In this document: positions 9,053-18,469 of the stretch, in pieces | How the letters are laid out: every line of letters starts with the position of its first letter | Position numbering within the stretch: position 1 is the stretch's first letter | From: an uncultured Candidatus Rokubacteria bacterium | Lineage (GTDB): Bacteria; Methylomirabilota; Methylomirabilia; Rokubacteriales; DASRDR01 | DNA length: 64,000 nucleotides | NCBI GenBank assembly: GCA_963826115.1 | Contig: CAWGVS010000005.1 | Location: 800,001 to 864,000, forward strand | Direction of reading: 5' to 3' | Notes under the pieces: model-generated | Seen by the model: the letters and a program-made list of their open reading frames with translations, nothing else | Databases searched by the model: none | Told to the model about the DNA's origin: nothing | Translations under genes and position numbers: made by a program

Positions 9053-11776
9053 TCAGCGCGGCGAGCGCTCCCGCAGCGACTTGAGGGTCTCCTCGAGGCG
9101 GCGCTGGGCGTCCCCGTAGGCCGCCCAGTCTCCCCGGCGCAGCGCGTCCTGCCCCCGGCTCCACGCTTCCCAGGCGCGGCCGACCAGCGCGGCGACCCCC
9201 TCCCCCGGAACCGCGGCGGCCATCGGCGCCGGGGACCGGCTGGCCGGAGAACCGCGGCCCCCGAAGATCGCCTGGAGGGAGGCGTCGAGCGTCTCGCTCA
9301 TCGCGATCTGGTTCCCGTGGGCGACGATCACCCGCTTCAGCTCCGGGATGGACCCCTTCTCGGCCGCCAGGTACAGCGGCTGCACGTAGAGGAGCGACTC
9401 CTCGACGGGGATCGCCAGGAGGCTCCCGCGGACCACGGTCGAGCCGCGCTGGCTCCAGAGGGTGAGCTGCTGCGAGATCACCGCGTCCTGGTCGATCCGG
9501 GCGGCGATCTGCCGGGGTCCGTAGATGAGGCGCTGCTTCGGGAAGAGGAAGGCGACCAGGCGGCCGTACGCCTCGCCGTCGGAGCGGGCCGCCAGCCACG
9601 CGATCATGTTGTCCCGGCGGAGCGGCGTGAAGGGGATCAGCAGCACGAACTCCTCGCGCGACTCCCCCGGGATGCGCATGATCGTGTAGTAGGGCTCCAG
9701 CTCGCGCTCGCGCCCGGCCTCGGTGGTGCGGGGCACGGACCAGAGGTCCTCCTTGTTGTAGAAGACCCGGGGATCCTGCATGTGGTACGTGGCGTACATC
9801 CGAGCCTGCACCGCGAAGAAGCCCGACGGATACCGGACGTGCGCCCGGAGATCGGCGGGCATCGTCTCGATCGGCGCGAGCAGGCCCGGGAACGCGGCGC
9901 CGTAGGCGCGCACGAGCGGGTCCTGCGCGTCGGAGACGTAGTAGCTCACTGACCCGTCGTAGGCGTCGACGACCACCTTGACCGAGTTCCGGACGTAGTT
10001 GCCGAGCCCCGGGACGCGCTCCGCGTACGGGAACCGGTCGGTGGCCGTGTAGCCGTCCACGATCCAGGCGAGGCGTCCCTCGGCGCGGATGACCAGGTAC
10101 GGGTCGGAGTCGAAGCGGAGGAACGGCGCGATCCGGCGCACGCGCTCGCCGATCTGACGGTGGAACAGGACCCGGCTCTCCGACGTGATCTCGGGGCTCA
10201 GGAGTACACGGTAGGAGCCGAAGCTGATGGAGAGCAGGAGCCGCCGCCAGATGGACCCGACCCGGACCCCGCCCTTCCCCTGGTAGGTGGTGTAGACGTT
10301 CTCGTCGCCCGACGGGTAGTCGATCTCCTGGGACCGCGTCCGCACGAATACGTAGTCGTTGGACACCTCGCCGAAGTAGATCTCCGGCCGCGTGATGCGG
10401 AGGGTCGCCTTGGTGGGCACCGGCGGAATGTCCTTCACGTAGAGCTCGGGCAGGCCCTCCCCCGTGATGCGGTTGACGGGCCCGACCACCGCGCCGTACC
10501 CGTGGGTGTACTGGAGGTGCTCGTTGATCCACTGGAGATCGGCGTCGCGGCCCTGGACGTCGCGCGGGAGGTTCTGGTACGAGAGCTCGCGCGCCGACAG
10601 CATGATCTGCTGGTATTCCCCGTCGACGACGTACCGGTCGTTGTCCACGTCGACGAACCGGTAATACGTCCGGATCTCCTGCAGCTGCGCGAAGGTCAGG
10701 AGGAGCGGGGCGTGGTCCCACAGGCGGACGTTCTTGAGCGTCGGCGCGTTGCGGGCCAGGTCGGCGGAGGTCAGCGTCTCGCGGGCGGGAAAGTCCCGCT
10801 CCTCGATGCGGTCGAGCGCGAAGGCCCGGCGCGTCATCTGGATGTGGTTGGCGATGTAGGGGCTCTCCGCGACCAGGGCGTTCGGCGCGACACGCAGGCG
10901 CTGCATCAGCGCCGGGAACACCCAGATGCCGGCGATCCAGCCGACCACCAGCACGACGACGCCGGCGGCGACCGGTCGCGCGCTGCGCCGGAACACGTGG
11001 ACGAGAGCGGTGAGCGCGCAGAGCACCGTCAGGACCGCCAGCCACTTGAGCGCCGGGAGCGTCGCGTTCACGTCCGTGTACGTCGCGCCGAGCACCGCGC
11101 CGCGCTGCGAGTAAAGAAGCTCGTAGCGGTCGAGCCAGAAGTCCACCGCCTTGGCGAAGAGGAGGAGCGCGAGGAGCCCGAGAAGGTGCGCGCGGGCCCG
11201 CGCGGTGATCACGGGGCCCCTGGACGTCAGCACGAGCACCCGCCCGAGGAAGTAGACCAGGGCCGTCGTCACCAGCGTGAGCAGGAGGACCCCGAAGATC
11301 CAGCTGAGCCCCCGCTGCCAGAGCGGCAGGCGGAACACGTAGAAGCCAACGTCCCGCTGGAAGATCGGGTCCACGACGCCGAACGGCTGCGCGTTCTGGT
11401 AGAGCAGAAGCGCCTGCCACTCGGTGCTCGCAGAGAGTCCGACCAGGAACGAGACGACCGCCGCCACCGGCTTGATCAGCCGCTGGAGCAGCGGCTCCAG
11501 CACCACCCGGCTCGGCAGGCCCAGGGGCTCCTCGAGCTCCCAGAACACGTCCGGCGGCCGCGCGCGGACGGCGGCGCGCAGGTTCGCCATCAGGAACAGG
11601 AAGGTGACGAGCCCAACGCCGATCAGGAGGCCGCCCCTCGTCGCGGCGATGCGGAGGAAGAGGGGCACGTAGCCCACCTCCTCGAACCAGAGCCAGTCCG
11701 TGTAGAACGGCACCGCCTCGAAGGCGAGGACCGCAACCACGCCGATCAGAGCCAGGAGCGACGCGCGCCGGGTCAC
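9053..11776 (-). CDS. UPF0182 family membrane protein
   Basis: YTDWLWF, DPIFQRDVGFYVFRLP, GATYTDV, QLQEIRTYY, YTHGYG, NYVRNSVKVVVDAYDG, LLYVQPLYL. Confidence 0.92.
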   Translation of the reverse strand: MTRRASLLALIGVVAVLAFEAVPFYTDWLWFEEVGYVPLFLRIAATRGGLLIGVGLVTFLFLMANLRAAVRARPPDVFWELEEPLGLPSRVVLEPLLQRLIKPVAAVVSFLVGLSASTEWQALLLYQNAQPFGVVDPIFQRDVGFYVFRLPLWQRGLSWIFGVLLLTLVTTALVYFLGRVLVLTSRGPVITARARAHLLGLLALLLFAKAVDFWLDRYELLYSQRGAVLGATYTDVNATLPALKWLAVLTVLCALTALVHVFRRSARPVAAGVVVLVVGWIAGIWVFPALMQRLRVAPNALVAESPYIANHIQMTRRAFALDRIEERDFPARETLTSADLARNAPTLKNVRLWDHAPLLLTFAQLQEIRTYYRFVDVDNDRYVVDGEYQQIMLSARELSYQNLPRDVQGRDADLQWINEHLQYTHGYGAVVGPVNRITGEGLPELYVKDIPPVPTKATLRITRPEIYFGEVSNDYVFVRTRSQEIDYPSGDENVYTTYQGKGGVRVGSIWRRLLLSISFGSYRVLLSPEITSESRVLFHRQIGERVRRIAPFLRFDSDPYLVIRAEGRLAWIVDGYTATDRFPYAERVPGLGNYVRNSVKVVVDAYDGSVSYYVSDAQDPLVRAYGAAFPGLLAPIETMPADLRAHVRYPSGFFAVQARMYATYHMQDPRVFYNKEDLWSVPRTTEAGRERELEPYYTIMRIPGESREEFVLLIPFTPLRRDNMIAWLAARSDGEAYGRLVAFLFPKQRLIYGPRQIAARIDQDAVISQQLTLWSQRGSTVVRGSLLAIPVEESLLYVQPLYLAAEKGSIPELKRVIVAHGNQIAMSETLDASLQAIFGGRGSPASRSPAPMAAAVPGEGVAALVGRAWEAWSRGQDALRRGDWAAYGDAQRRLEETLKSLRERSPR

Positions 11777-12513
11777 GGCGTGTCCTCCTTCTCGATCTCG
11801 TACGCGAGCCGTCGCCGCGCCATCCAGCGGACGGCGAACAGGTCGGCGAGGCCGGCCCAGAGCCGGCCCCAGTTCCCGTACTTCGAGGTGCCGGCGCGTC
11901 GCGGGCGGTGAGACACCGGCACCTCGGTCACCCGCCGCCCGTCCATCTGCAGGAGCGCCGGCAGGAACCGGTGCATGCCGCGGTAGAGGTGCAGGCTCTG
12001 GACGGCTTCCCGCCGGAAGGCCTTCAGCGTGCAGCCGGTGTCGTGGACCCCGTCACGCGTGAACCGGTCCCGCACCCGGTTGGCCACCCGCGACGCCACG
12101 CGCTTGGTCCACGGGTCGCGGCGATCGACGCGCCACCCGCAGACGGCGTCCCATCCGGGGAGGGCCGCCAGGAGCCGCGGGATGTCGTGGGGATCGTTCT
12201 GGAGGTCGGCGTCCATGGTGACGACCACCGCGCCTCGGGCGGCCTGGAAGCCGGCGTGGAGGGCGGCGGTCTGCCCCGCGTTCCCCCGAAAGCGGAGGAC
12301 GCGGACGCGGGCGTCCTTGGCGCCGAGCTCCCGGAGGACCTCGCCCGTTCCGTCGGTGGAGCCGTCGTCGACGAACAGGATCTCGAACGGCTGGCCGATC
12401 TCGTCGAGGACACCGACGAGCTCCTGGTACAGCGGCCCGACGTTCGCGCGCTCGTTGTACGCGGGGATCACCACGGTGAGCGCGGGTGCCGGCCGGGACC
12501 GCTCCTCCGCCAT
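11773..12513 (-). CDS. GT2 polyprenyl-phosphate glycosyltransferase (DPM1/ArnC/RgtE-like)
   Basis: VVIPAYNE, VDDGSTD, TMDADLQNDP, DTGCTLKAFRR, MHRFLPAL, HRPRRAGTSKYG. Confidence 0.88.
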   Translation of the reverse strand: MAEERSRPAPALTVVIPAYNERANVGPLYQELVGVLDEIGQPFEILFVDDGSTDGTGEVLRELGAKDARVRVLRFRGNAGQTAALHAGFQAARGAVVVTMDADLQNDPHDIPRLLAALPGWDAVCGWRVDRRDPWTKRVASRVANRVRDRFTRDGVHDTGCTLKAFRREAVQSLHLYRGMHRFLPALLQMDGRRVTEVPVSHRPRRAGTSKYGNWGRLWAGLADLFAVRWMARRRLAYEIEKEDTP

Positions 12514-12533
12514 GCCTGCCGCTCTCCCTTCCC

Positions 12534-14066
12534 TCAGTACCTGGTTCGGCCGGCGGGTACCGGCGCGGCGCGGAAGCCGTACGCGCGGTAGAGACTGAAC
12601 ACGCGAATCACCCGGTCGCCCTTGACCACCTCCAGCACGATCGGCGGGTCGACCCGCGTGAACGCGGCGCGGACGCGACGATCCAGCGGGCCGGCGCCCT
12701 CCTCCACGTACACCGCGTCCCACCCGAGGCGGGACTCGGGGCCCGGCCAGAAGTCGTACTGGTTCAGGCGACGGCCCAGGCTGAAATTATACGCGGGACG
12801 CTCGCCCGGCACGTAGAAGGCGAGCTCGCTCGTGATCTGGTAGCGCCCGGACACGAGGAACGTGCGTCGCGGATCCGGCATGCCGCCGATGGTCATCCCG
12901 ACCGCGCGCCCGAGCTCGGTCCAGCCGCGGAGGCGTCGCGCGGGGTCGAGGCGCGAGGGCAGCTCGAGCCGGTCGATGACGTGGCCGACCGCGCTGAAGC
13001 AGAGCGCCACCGCGACGGCCGCGGCGAGGAGACGCGTCTGCGCGCGCCGCCGGCCGTCCGTCAGCGCTGCGCGGCGCTCGAGGAGCAGGCCGGCGGTCGC
13101 GAGCGCGAGCGGCGGGTACGCGGCGGCCGCCCAGTTCGCCTGGAGCTTGCTCTGGAGCCCGACGAGGACGTAGGTACCGAGCACCGGCACCGCGAACGCG
13201 AGGAGGAACCGGTACGGCTCCCGCTGCCGCCGGAAGCCCTCGCGCACGGCGACCCAGAGGCCCCAGGCGAGCAGTCCGGCGATCAGCGGCGTCAGCACGA
13301 GGAGCTGAGAGCCGAGGAACTCGGCGAGGTGCACGAGCGTCAGCCCCCCACCTCCCCGACCCTGGCTCGCGACGTGCCGGGCGGAGACCCAGCCGACGCG
13401 CACGTTCCAGACGACCACCGGCGCGAGGCTCACGAGCACGGCCAGGACGGCGAGCGCCGGGCCGGCCGGCCGGATCGTCCGCCGTCGGTCTGGCGCGAGC
13501 CACAGGTACAGCACGAGGCCCGGCACGGCGAAGAGCATCGTGTACTTGGCGAGGCTGCCCACGCCGACCGCCAGCCCGAAGAGGAGCCACATTCCCGCTC
13601 CTCCGCCGGTGAGGGCCCGGTGCGCTGCCCAGAGCCCGAGGGTCCAGGCGACGACGAACGGCGAGTCGATCGTCGTGAGGAGGCTTCCCGCCCAGACCAG
13701 CGGGGTGAGCTGGAGGCCGATCACGGCGAGCGCGCCGGGCTCCGGCCGGCCGTAGAGGTCGCGGCCCAGTCGGTAGATGGCCCACGCGCCGACGAGGCTC
13801 AGGGCGACCGCGCCCAGGCGGATGCCGAACGCGGACGTCCCGAACACGGCGGTCAGGCCCGCCATGAGGTACGCGATGAGCGGGCCCTTCGAGTAGTACG
13901 AGAGATCGAGCCGTCGGGACCACTCCCAGTAGTGCGCCTCGTCCGGCGAAAGGTCGAGTCCGCCCCACAGGAGGTAGGCGATCCGGAGCGCCGTCAGGAC
14001 GGCCAGGACGGCCACGGTCAGGCGGCCGGCGTGGCTTCGTCCCGGCAGGCGGGCCGGCTCGCTCAC
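12534..14066 (-). CDS. GT-C fold membrane glycosyltransferase (GT39/GT83, ArnT/RgtD-like)
   Basis: LSPDEAHYWEWSRRLDLSYYSKGPLIAY, TIDSP, LAKYT, multiple TM helices; GTG overlaps the upstream stop (GTGA). Confidence 0.85.
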   Translation of the reverse strand: MSEPARLPGRSHAGRLTVAVLAVLTALRIAYLLWGGLDLSPDEAHYWEWSRRLDLSYYSKGPLIAYLMAGLTAVFGTSAFGIRLGAVALSLVGAWAIYRLGRDLYGRPEPGALAVIGLQLTPLVWAGSLLTTIDSPFVVAWTLGLWAAHRALTGGGAGMWLLFGLAVGVGSLAKYTMLFAVPGLVLYLWLAPDRRRTIRPAGPALAVLAVLVSLAPVVVWNVRVGWVSARHVASQGRGGGGLTLVHLAEFLGSQLLVLTPLIAGLLAWGLWVAVREGFRRQREPYRFLLAFAVPVLGTYVLVGLQSKLQANWAAAAYPPLALATAGLLLERRAALTDGRRRAQTRLLAAAVAVALCFSAVGHVIDRLELPSRLDPARRLRGWTELGRAVGMTIGGMPDPRRTFLVSGRYQITSELAFYVPGERPAYNFSLGRRLNQYDFWPGPESRLGWDAVYVEEGAGPLDRRVRAAFTRVDPPIVLEVVKGDRVIRVFSLYRAYGFRAAPVPAGRTRY

Positions 14067-15274
14067 TCGCGGACGTGCACGGGATTCGAGAAGATCCATG
14101 GCCGGTACGCGACGCCGCCGATCGGGAAGAGGTCGACACGGAGGTCGACCTCGACCCGGTACACGCCGGGCCCCGTGATCGGGACGGTGAGCAGCGTGTC
14201 GCCGGGGCCCTCGTGTATCACGGTCCCGTCGCGGAGGAGGCGCACGAGCGCGTCGCCGACCGGCGGGACCCTGACCTCCGCCGTCTGCCCCGCGCGGTAC
14301 GTCGTGGTCCCGCCCATGAGGGTCCGCGCCTCGCCGAGCCGGACGGCGAATCGGAAGCCGTCTGCCGGCGCGAAGCCGTCGAAGGCGTTGTAGAAGGAGC
14401 CCGCGCGCATGGCGCGGTAGACGCGGAGGCGGTCCGCGGGCTCGCGCCGGAGCGGCTCGGTGGTGACGAAGTGGAGCCGCCCCAGACGGAACGCGGTCTC
14501 GTGCGACGGGACGACGAGATCGGTCTCGTCGGTCAGCGCGACGCCGCCGTGGGCGTCGAGGGCCAGGACGCCGATGGTCGGCCGCTCCCGGCTCATGTCG
14601 TCCCAGCGGGCGAGCACGGCCCGCGGCCAGTGGATCCAGGACAGGACCGCCATGACCGGATTCGCCGGATAGGCCGCGAGGCCGACGGCCCTCCGTCCCC
14701 AGGACACCCCCATGATCTGGTCGAAGACATCGATGATCTCGACGCCGTCGATCTCCGGCACGGCGTGCCGCCACCCGAGGCGGGGGTGATCGGGATGGGC
14801 GAGGAGGACCATGGCCCCGGCCTGGCGGTAGGCGCGCACCAGGTCCTCCAGCACGAAGCCTCGCGCCTTCGTCGGGAGGTCCGCTCGCGGCGGATCCAGC
14901 AGGAGAAGGTAGCCGGACCCGGTCGTGATCTCGGCGCCGACCAGCACCAGGACATCCCCGTGCCACCCCTCCTTGTCCTCGGCCAGGGGCGCCAGCGTGT
15001 TGTGGTCCGTCAGGACGACCACTTGGACCCCGGCGCGCGCCGCGGCCGCCGCGATCTCCTCGATGCTGCCGCGGCCGTCGTGCGAGTAGGCCGAGTGCAC
15101 GTGGAGCACCGCGGTGTACTCGGAGAGGTCGGAGGCCGGCGGCCACCCCGCGCGGGCCTCGAGGCGCCCCAGCGAGGCGACGGCGACGTAGCCCGCGCCG
15201 AGCCCGAGGACGAGGAGGACGGCGAGCGCGCCCCAGGCCCGCCGCCGCCAGCGCCGGTTAGCGCGGGCTGGCAT
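14063..15274 (-). CDS. Membrane-anchored PHP-domain metallo-phosphoesterase (CehA/McbA-like)
   Basis: N-terminal TM helix; LHVHSAYSHDG, LTDHN, GAEI, LAHP, DAHG; C-terminal YRVEV...WIFSNPV. Confidence 0.8.
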   Translation of the reverse strand: MPARANRRWRRRAWGALAVLLVLGLGAGYVAVASLGRLEARAGWPPASDLSEYTAVLHVHSAYSHDGRGSIEEIAAAAARAGVQVVVLTDHNTLAPLAEDKEGWHGDVLVLVGAEITTGSGYLLLLDPPRADLPTKARGFVLEDLVRAYRQAGAMVLLAHPDHPRLGWRHAVPEIDGVEIIDVFDQIMGVSWGRRAVGLAAYPANPVMAVLSWIHWPRAVLARWDDMSRERPTIGVLALDAHGGVALTDETDLVVPSHETAFRLGRLHFVTTEPLRREPADRLRVYRAMRAGSFYNAFDGFAPADGFRFAVRLGEARTLMGGTTTYRAGQTAEVRVPPVGDALVRLLRDGTVIHEGPGDTLLTVPITGPGVYRVEVDLRVDLFPIGGVAYRPWIFSNPVHVRE

Positions 15275-15305
15275 CCGGCGCGGCGGGCACCCGGCTGGCC
15301 CCTCC

Positions 15306-16469
15306 CTAGATCCCGGCGTCCTGGCGGAGGTCCTTCACGCGGTGCGTGTGCTCCCAGGTGAACTCGGGCTCGCTCCGACCGAAGTGTCCGAACGCGGCCG
15401 TCTTCCGGTAGATCGGACGACGGAGGTCTAGATACTTGATGATGCCGGCGGGCGTGAGATCGAACTGGCGCTGGATGAGCTGCTCGAGCTGGGCCTTGGG
15501 AAGCTTGCCGGTCCCGAACGTCTCGACCATTACCGACACCGGGTCGACGACGCCGATGGCGTACGCGACCTGGACCATGCACCGCTCCGCGAGCCCGGCG
15601 GCCACGATGTTCTTGGCGACGTGTCGGGCCATGTAGGCGGCCGACCGGTCGACCTTCGTCGGATCCTTCCCCGAGAACGCGCCGCCGCCGTGCGGGCAGG
15701 AACCGCCGTAGGTGTCCACGATGATCTTGCGGCCCGTCACCCCGGTGTCGCCCATGGGTCCGCCGGTCACGAAGCGCCCGGTGGGGTTGATGTGGAACGT
15801 CAGGTGCCGGCGGTCCACCATGTGGGGCGGCAGCGTCGGCATGACGACGTGCTCGATGATCTCCTCGCGCAGGCGCTCGTGGGGAACATCCGGGGCGTGC
15901 TGGGCCGACACGACGACGGTCTCCACGCGCACGGGCTTCCCGTCCACGTAGCGGACACTCACCTGAGACTTCCCGTCCGGCCGGAGGTACGGCAGCTTGC
16001 CCGACCGCCGCACCTCGGACAGGCGGCGCACGAGTCCGTGGGCGAGCGAGATCGGCGCCGGCATGAGCTCCGGCGTCTCGCTGCACGCGTAGCCGAACAT
16101 CAGGCCCTGGTCGCCCGCGCCGAGCTTGTCGCTTCCCTGGTCGACGCCCTGGGCGATGTCCGGGGACTGCTTGTGGACGGCCACCACGACCCCGCACGTC
16201 TCGGAATCGAACCCGAACTTGGCCCGCGTGTAGCCGACGTCCTTGACCGTCTGCCGCGCGACGTCCGCGATGTCGACGTTGGCCGTCGTGGTGATCTCCC
16301 CGGCGACGACGATCAGGCCCGTCGTGAGGAGCGACTCGCAGGCCACGCGACCGCGCGGATCCTTCTCATAGATGGCGTCCAGCACTGCGTCGGAGATCTG
16401 GTCCGCGATCTTGTCCGGGTGGCCCTCGGTGACCGACTCCGAGGTGAAGATGTACTCGTCGTGCGCCAT
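15306..16469 (-). CDS. metK: S-adenosylmethionine synthetase
   Basis: [46 protein letters not shown]; SD AGGAGG. Confidence 0.98.
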   Translation of the reverse strand: MAHDEYIFTSESVTEGHPDKIADQISDAVLDAIYEKDPRGRVACESLLTTGLIVVAGEITTTANVDIADVARQTVKDVGYTRAKFGFDSETCGVVVAVHKQSPDIAQGVDQGSDKLGAGDQGLMFGYACSETPELMPAPISLAHGLVRRLSEVRRSGKLPYLRPDGKSQVSVRYVDGKPVRVETVVVSAQHAPDVPHERLREEIIEHVVMPTLPPHMVDRRHLTFHINPTGRFVTGGPMGDTGVTGRKIIVDTYGGSCPHGGGAFSGKDPTKVDRSAAYMARHVAKNIVAAGLAERCMVQVAYAIGVVDPVSVMVETFGTGKLPKAQLEQLIQRQFDLTPAGIIKYLDLRRPIYRKTAAFGHFGRSEPEFTWEHTHRVKDLRQDAGI

Positions 16470-16531
16470 CTGGCCCTCCTGAATGGCCTGCCGTGCGGTC
16501 GGGCACGCGGAAACGAGCCCGCAACCGGGCC

Positions 16532-16560
16532 ACTGTAGCATGGGCCGCACGGCCTCTCAA
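16532..16560 (-). promoter_or_regulatory. sigma70-type promoter of metK
   Basis: TTGAGA-17 nt-TACAGT with a TG extended -10. Confidence 0.65.
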
Positions 16561-16639
16561 GGCGAAGGGCCCTCGGAAGGGCCCGGGCGGCTGCCGCGGA
16601 GCCCCTCGGGACCCCTCGGCCCGTCGGCGGCGCCGCGGA

Positions 16640-17020
16640 TCAGGGCCGGTTCGTGCCCTCGCGGCCGTACAGGTCCTTCAGGCGCACGACGTCCTCCAGT
16701 TCTGGCGTGGACACCTCGAGCACGTCGGAGTCCTCGATCGCCTCGATGGTGTGGATCTCGCCTGGCCGGTTGCGCCAGGCGTGCCCCTCCCCGATCTCGG
16801 TGACCGTGAGGCGGTCCTCGCTCGGGCCCTTGGTCAGGCGGAGCCGGCCGCGCAGCACGTAGCTCGACTCGTCCTTCTCCCGGTGGTACTGGAGCGACAG
16901 CCGATGGCCGTGTCGGAGGTGCAGGATCTTCCCGACGTAGCGGTCGGTCCACGCGTACCAGATCTCGTACCCCCAGGGCTTGTCGATCCGGGCCGGCAGG
17001 CGGTCGGGCGAAGGGTCCAT
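16640..17020 (-). CDS. Cupin protein (mannose-6-phosphate isomerase C-terminal-like)
   Basis: KPWGYE, LSLQYHREKDE, PGEIH, LEVSTPELEDVVRLKDLYGR. Confidence 0.85.
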   Translation of the reverse strand: MDPSPDRLPARIDKPWGYEIWYAWTDRYVGKILHLRHGHRLSLQYHREKDESSYVLRGRLRLTKGPSEDRLTVTEIGEGHAWRNRPGEIHTIEAIEDSDVLEVSTPELEDVVRLKDLYGREGTNRP

Positions 17021-17042
17021 GCGCGCTCCCTTGCGGCGGGGG

Positions 17043-17948
17043 TCAGCCCGCGCGGTCCACGTCCCGGTGGGTCACGTGGACCGGGACGCCGCTGGCATCC
17101 GCGAACCCCTGGAGCTCCTCCACCAGCGCCACCGAGCGGTGACGGCCGCCCGTGCAGCCGATCGCGACCGTCAGGTACGCCTTGCCCTCCTTCTGGTAGC
17201 GAGGCAGGAGGTAGGTCAGGAGGTCGCGGAGCCGCGTGATGAGCTCCTTCCCCTCGGGCTGCTCGACCACGAACTGCCGGACGGCCGCCGCCCGCCCGTC
17301 CTGCGCCTTGAGCCCCTCGACGAAGAAGGGGTTGGGCAGGAACCGGCAGTCGAACACGAGGTCCGCCTCGTACGGCACGCCGAATTTGTACCCGAACGAG
17401 AGGAGGTTCACGCTGAGCCCCGGCGAGGCGGTCTCCCCGTAGGTTTCGACGAGGCGTTGCCGCAGTTCGTGCACCGTGATCTGGGACGTGTCGATCACCC
17501 GGTCGGCGAGCTCCCGGAGGTTCGCCAGGAGCTTGCGCTCTTCGCGGATGCCGTCGAGGAGCGAGCCCGACGACACCGGGTGCCGACGCCGGGTTTCGTG
17601 GTAGCGGCGGACCAGTGCCTCCTCGGAAGCCTCGAGGAACAGCACCTCGGTCTGGTAGCCGGCGCCGCGCAGCTCGCCCAGCACCTCCACCACCGAGTGG
17701 AGGTACTCGCGCTCCCGGATGTCGACGCCGAGGGCGATGCGGCCGATGCGCCGGGTGGAGTGCGCGCAGAGCTCGGCGAAGGTCGGGATCAGGGTGGTCG
17801 GCAGGTTGTCGACGCAGTAGTAGCCCATGTCCTCGAAGCACTTGATGGCCCAGCTCTTCCCGGCTCCGGACAGGCCGGTGATGATGATGAGCCGGGCGCG
17901 CTCGGGCTCCGGGTCGGCGTGCCCCGACCTAGCCGGCGGGCTCGACAA
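17043..17948 (-). CDS. rapZ: RNase adapter RapZ/YvcJ
   Basis: ITGLSGAGKS, EDMGYYCVDNLP, SFGYKFG, DCRFLPNP, IGCTGGRHRSV. Confidence 0.95.
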   Translation of the reverse strand: MSSPPARSGHADPEPERARLIIITGLSGAGKSWAIKCFEDMGYYCVDNLPTTLIPTFAELCAHSTRRIGRIALGVDIREREYLHSVVEVLGELRGAGYQTEVLFLEASEEALVRRYHETRRRHPVSSGSLLDGIREERKLLANLRELADRVIDTSQITVHELRQRLVETYGETASPGLSVNLLSFGYKFGVPYEADLVFDCRFLPNPFFVEGLKAQDGRAAAVRQFVVEQPEGKELITRLRDLLTYLLPRYQKEGKAYLTVAIGCTGGRHRSVALVEELQGFADASGVPVHVTHRDVDRAG

Positions 17949-18462
17949 GCTCCACCCGCCCGTCGGGCCGGCGCCGGAGGACGTTCACGGTCCCCGTCCG
18001 CGCATTCCGGAAGACGAGGAGGCCGTCCGTCTGGAGGCGCAGCTGGTCCACGGCCTCCTCGAGGGACATGGGCTTCACGCTGGTCCGGCGCACCACGACC
18101 GGGGCCGCCGGAGCGGCTTCGGGCGGCTCCGCGGGGGGGGCGGCCGCCGGACGGGCCCGCGATGGTCGCGGCTTCTTGGCGGTCACCCGCTCCTTCCGCC
18201 GCCGGATCTGGGTCGCCAGCACCGTCAGCGCCTGGTCCACCGCCGCGTGGAAGTCGGGCGCCTCGCCCTCGGCGTGGAACGTCGCCCGCTTGGCCTGCAA
18301 GGTCACCTCGGCGAGGTGGCGGTAGCGTTCGGTCGCGAGGACGACGCGGGCCTCGATGAGCTTGGGGAAGAGGCGCTGCATCTTGGCGACCTTTCCCTCG
18401 ACCCGACGCCGGATGTCCGGGGAGACGCTGGCGCCCCCGCGTCCCGCCAGATGGAAAACCAT
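17929..18462 (-). CDS. hpf: Ribosome hibernation promoting factor (long HPF/RaiA)
   Basis: S30AE-like N-domain (AAVDQAL...QIRRRKE) and C-terminal KPMSLEEAV..L...FRN...NVL; follows rpoN. Confidence 0.85.
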   Translation of the reverse strand: MVFHLAGRGGASVSPDIRRRVEGKVAKMQRLFPKLIEARVVLATERYRHLAEVTLQAKRATFHAEGEAPDFHAAVDQALTVLATQIRRRKERVTAKKPRPSRARPAAAPPAEPPEAAPAAPVVVRRTSVKPMSLEEAVDQLRLQTDGLLVFRNARTGTVNVLRRRPDGRVELVEPAG

Positions 18463-18469
18463 GCGGCTC

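Noticed and set aside
16561-16630. Short CCCTCGG repeats and a hairpin between the cupin gene and the metK promoter
   Set aside because: Too short and GC-rich for CRISPR or REP elements, and no U-tract for a confident terminator call.
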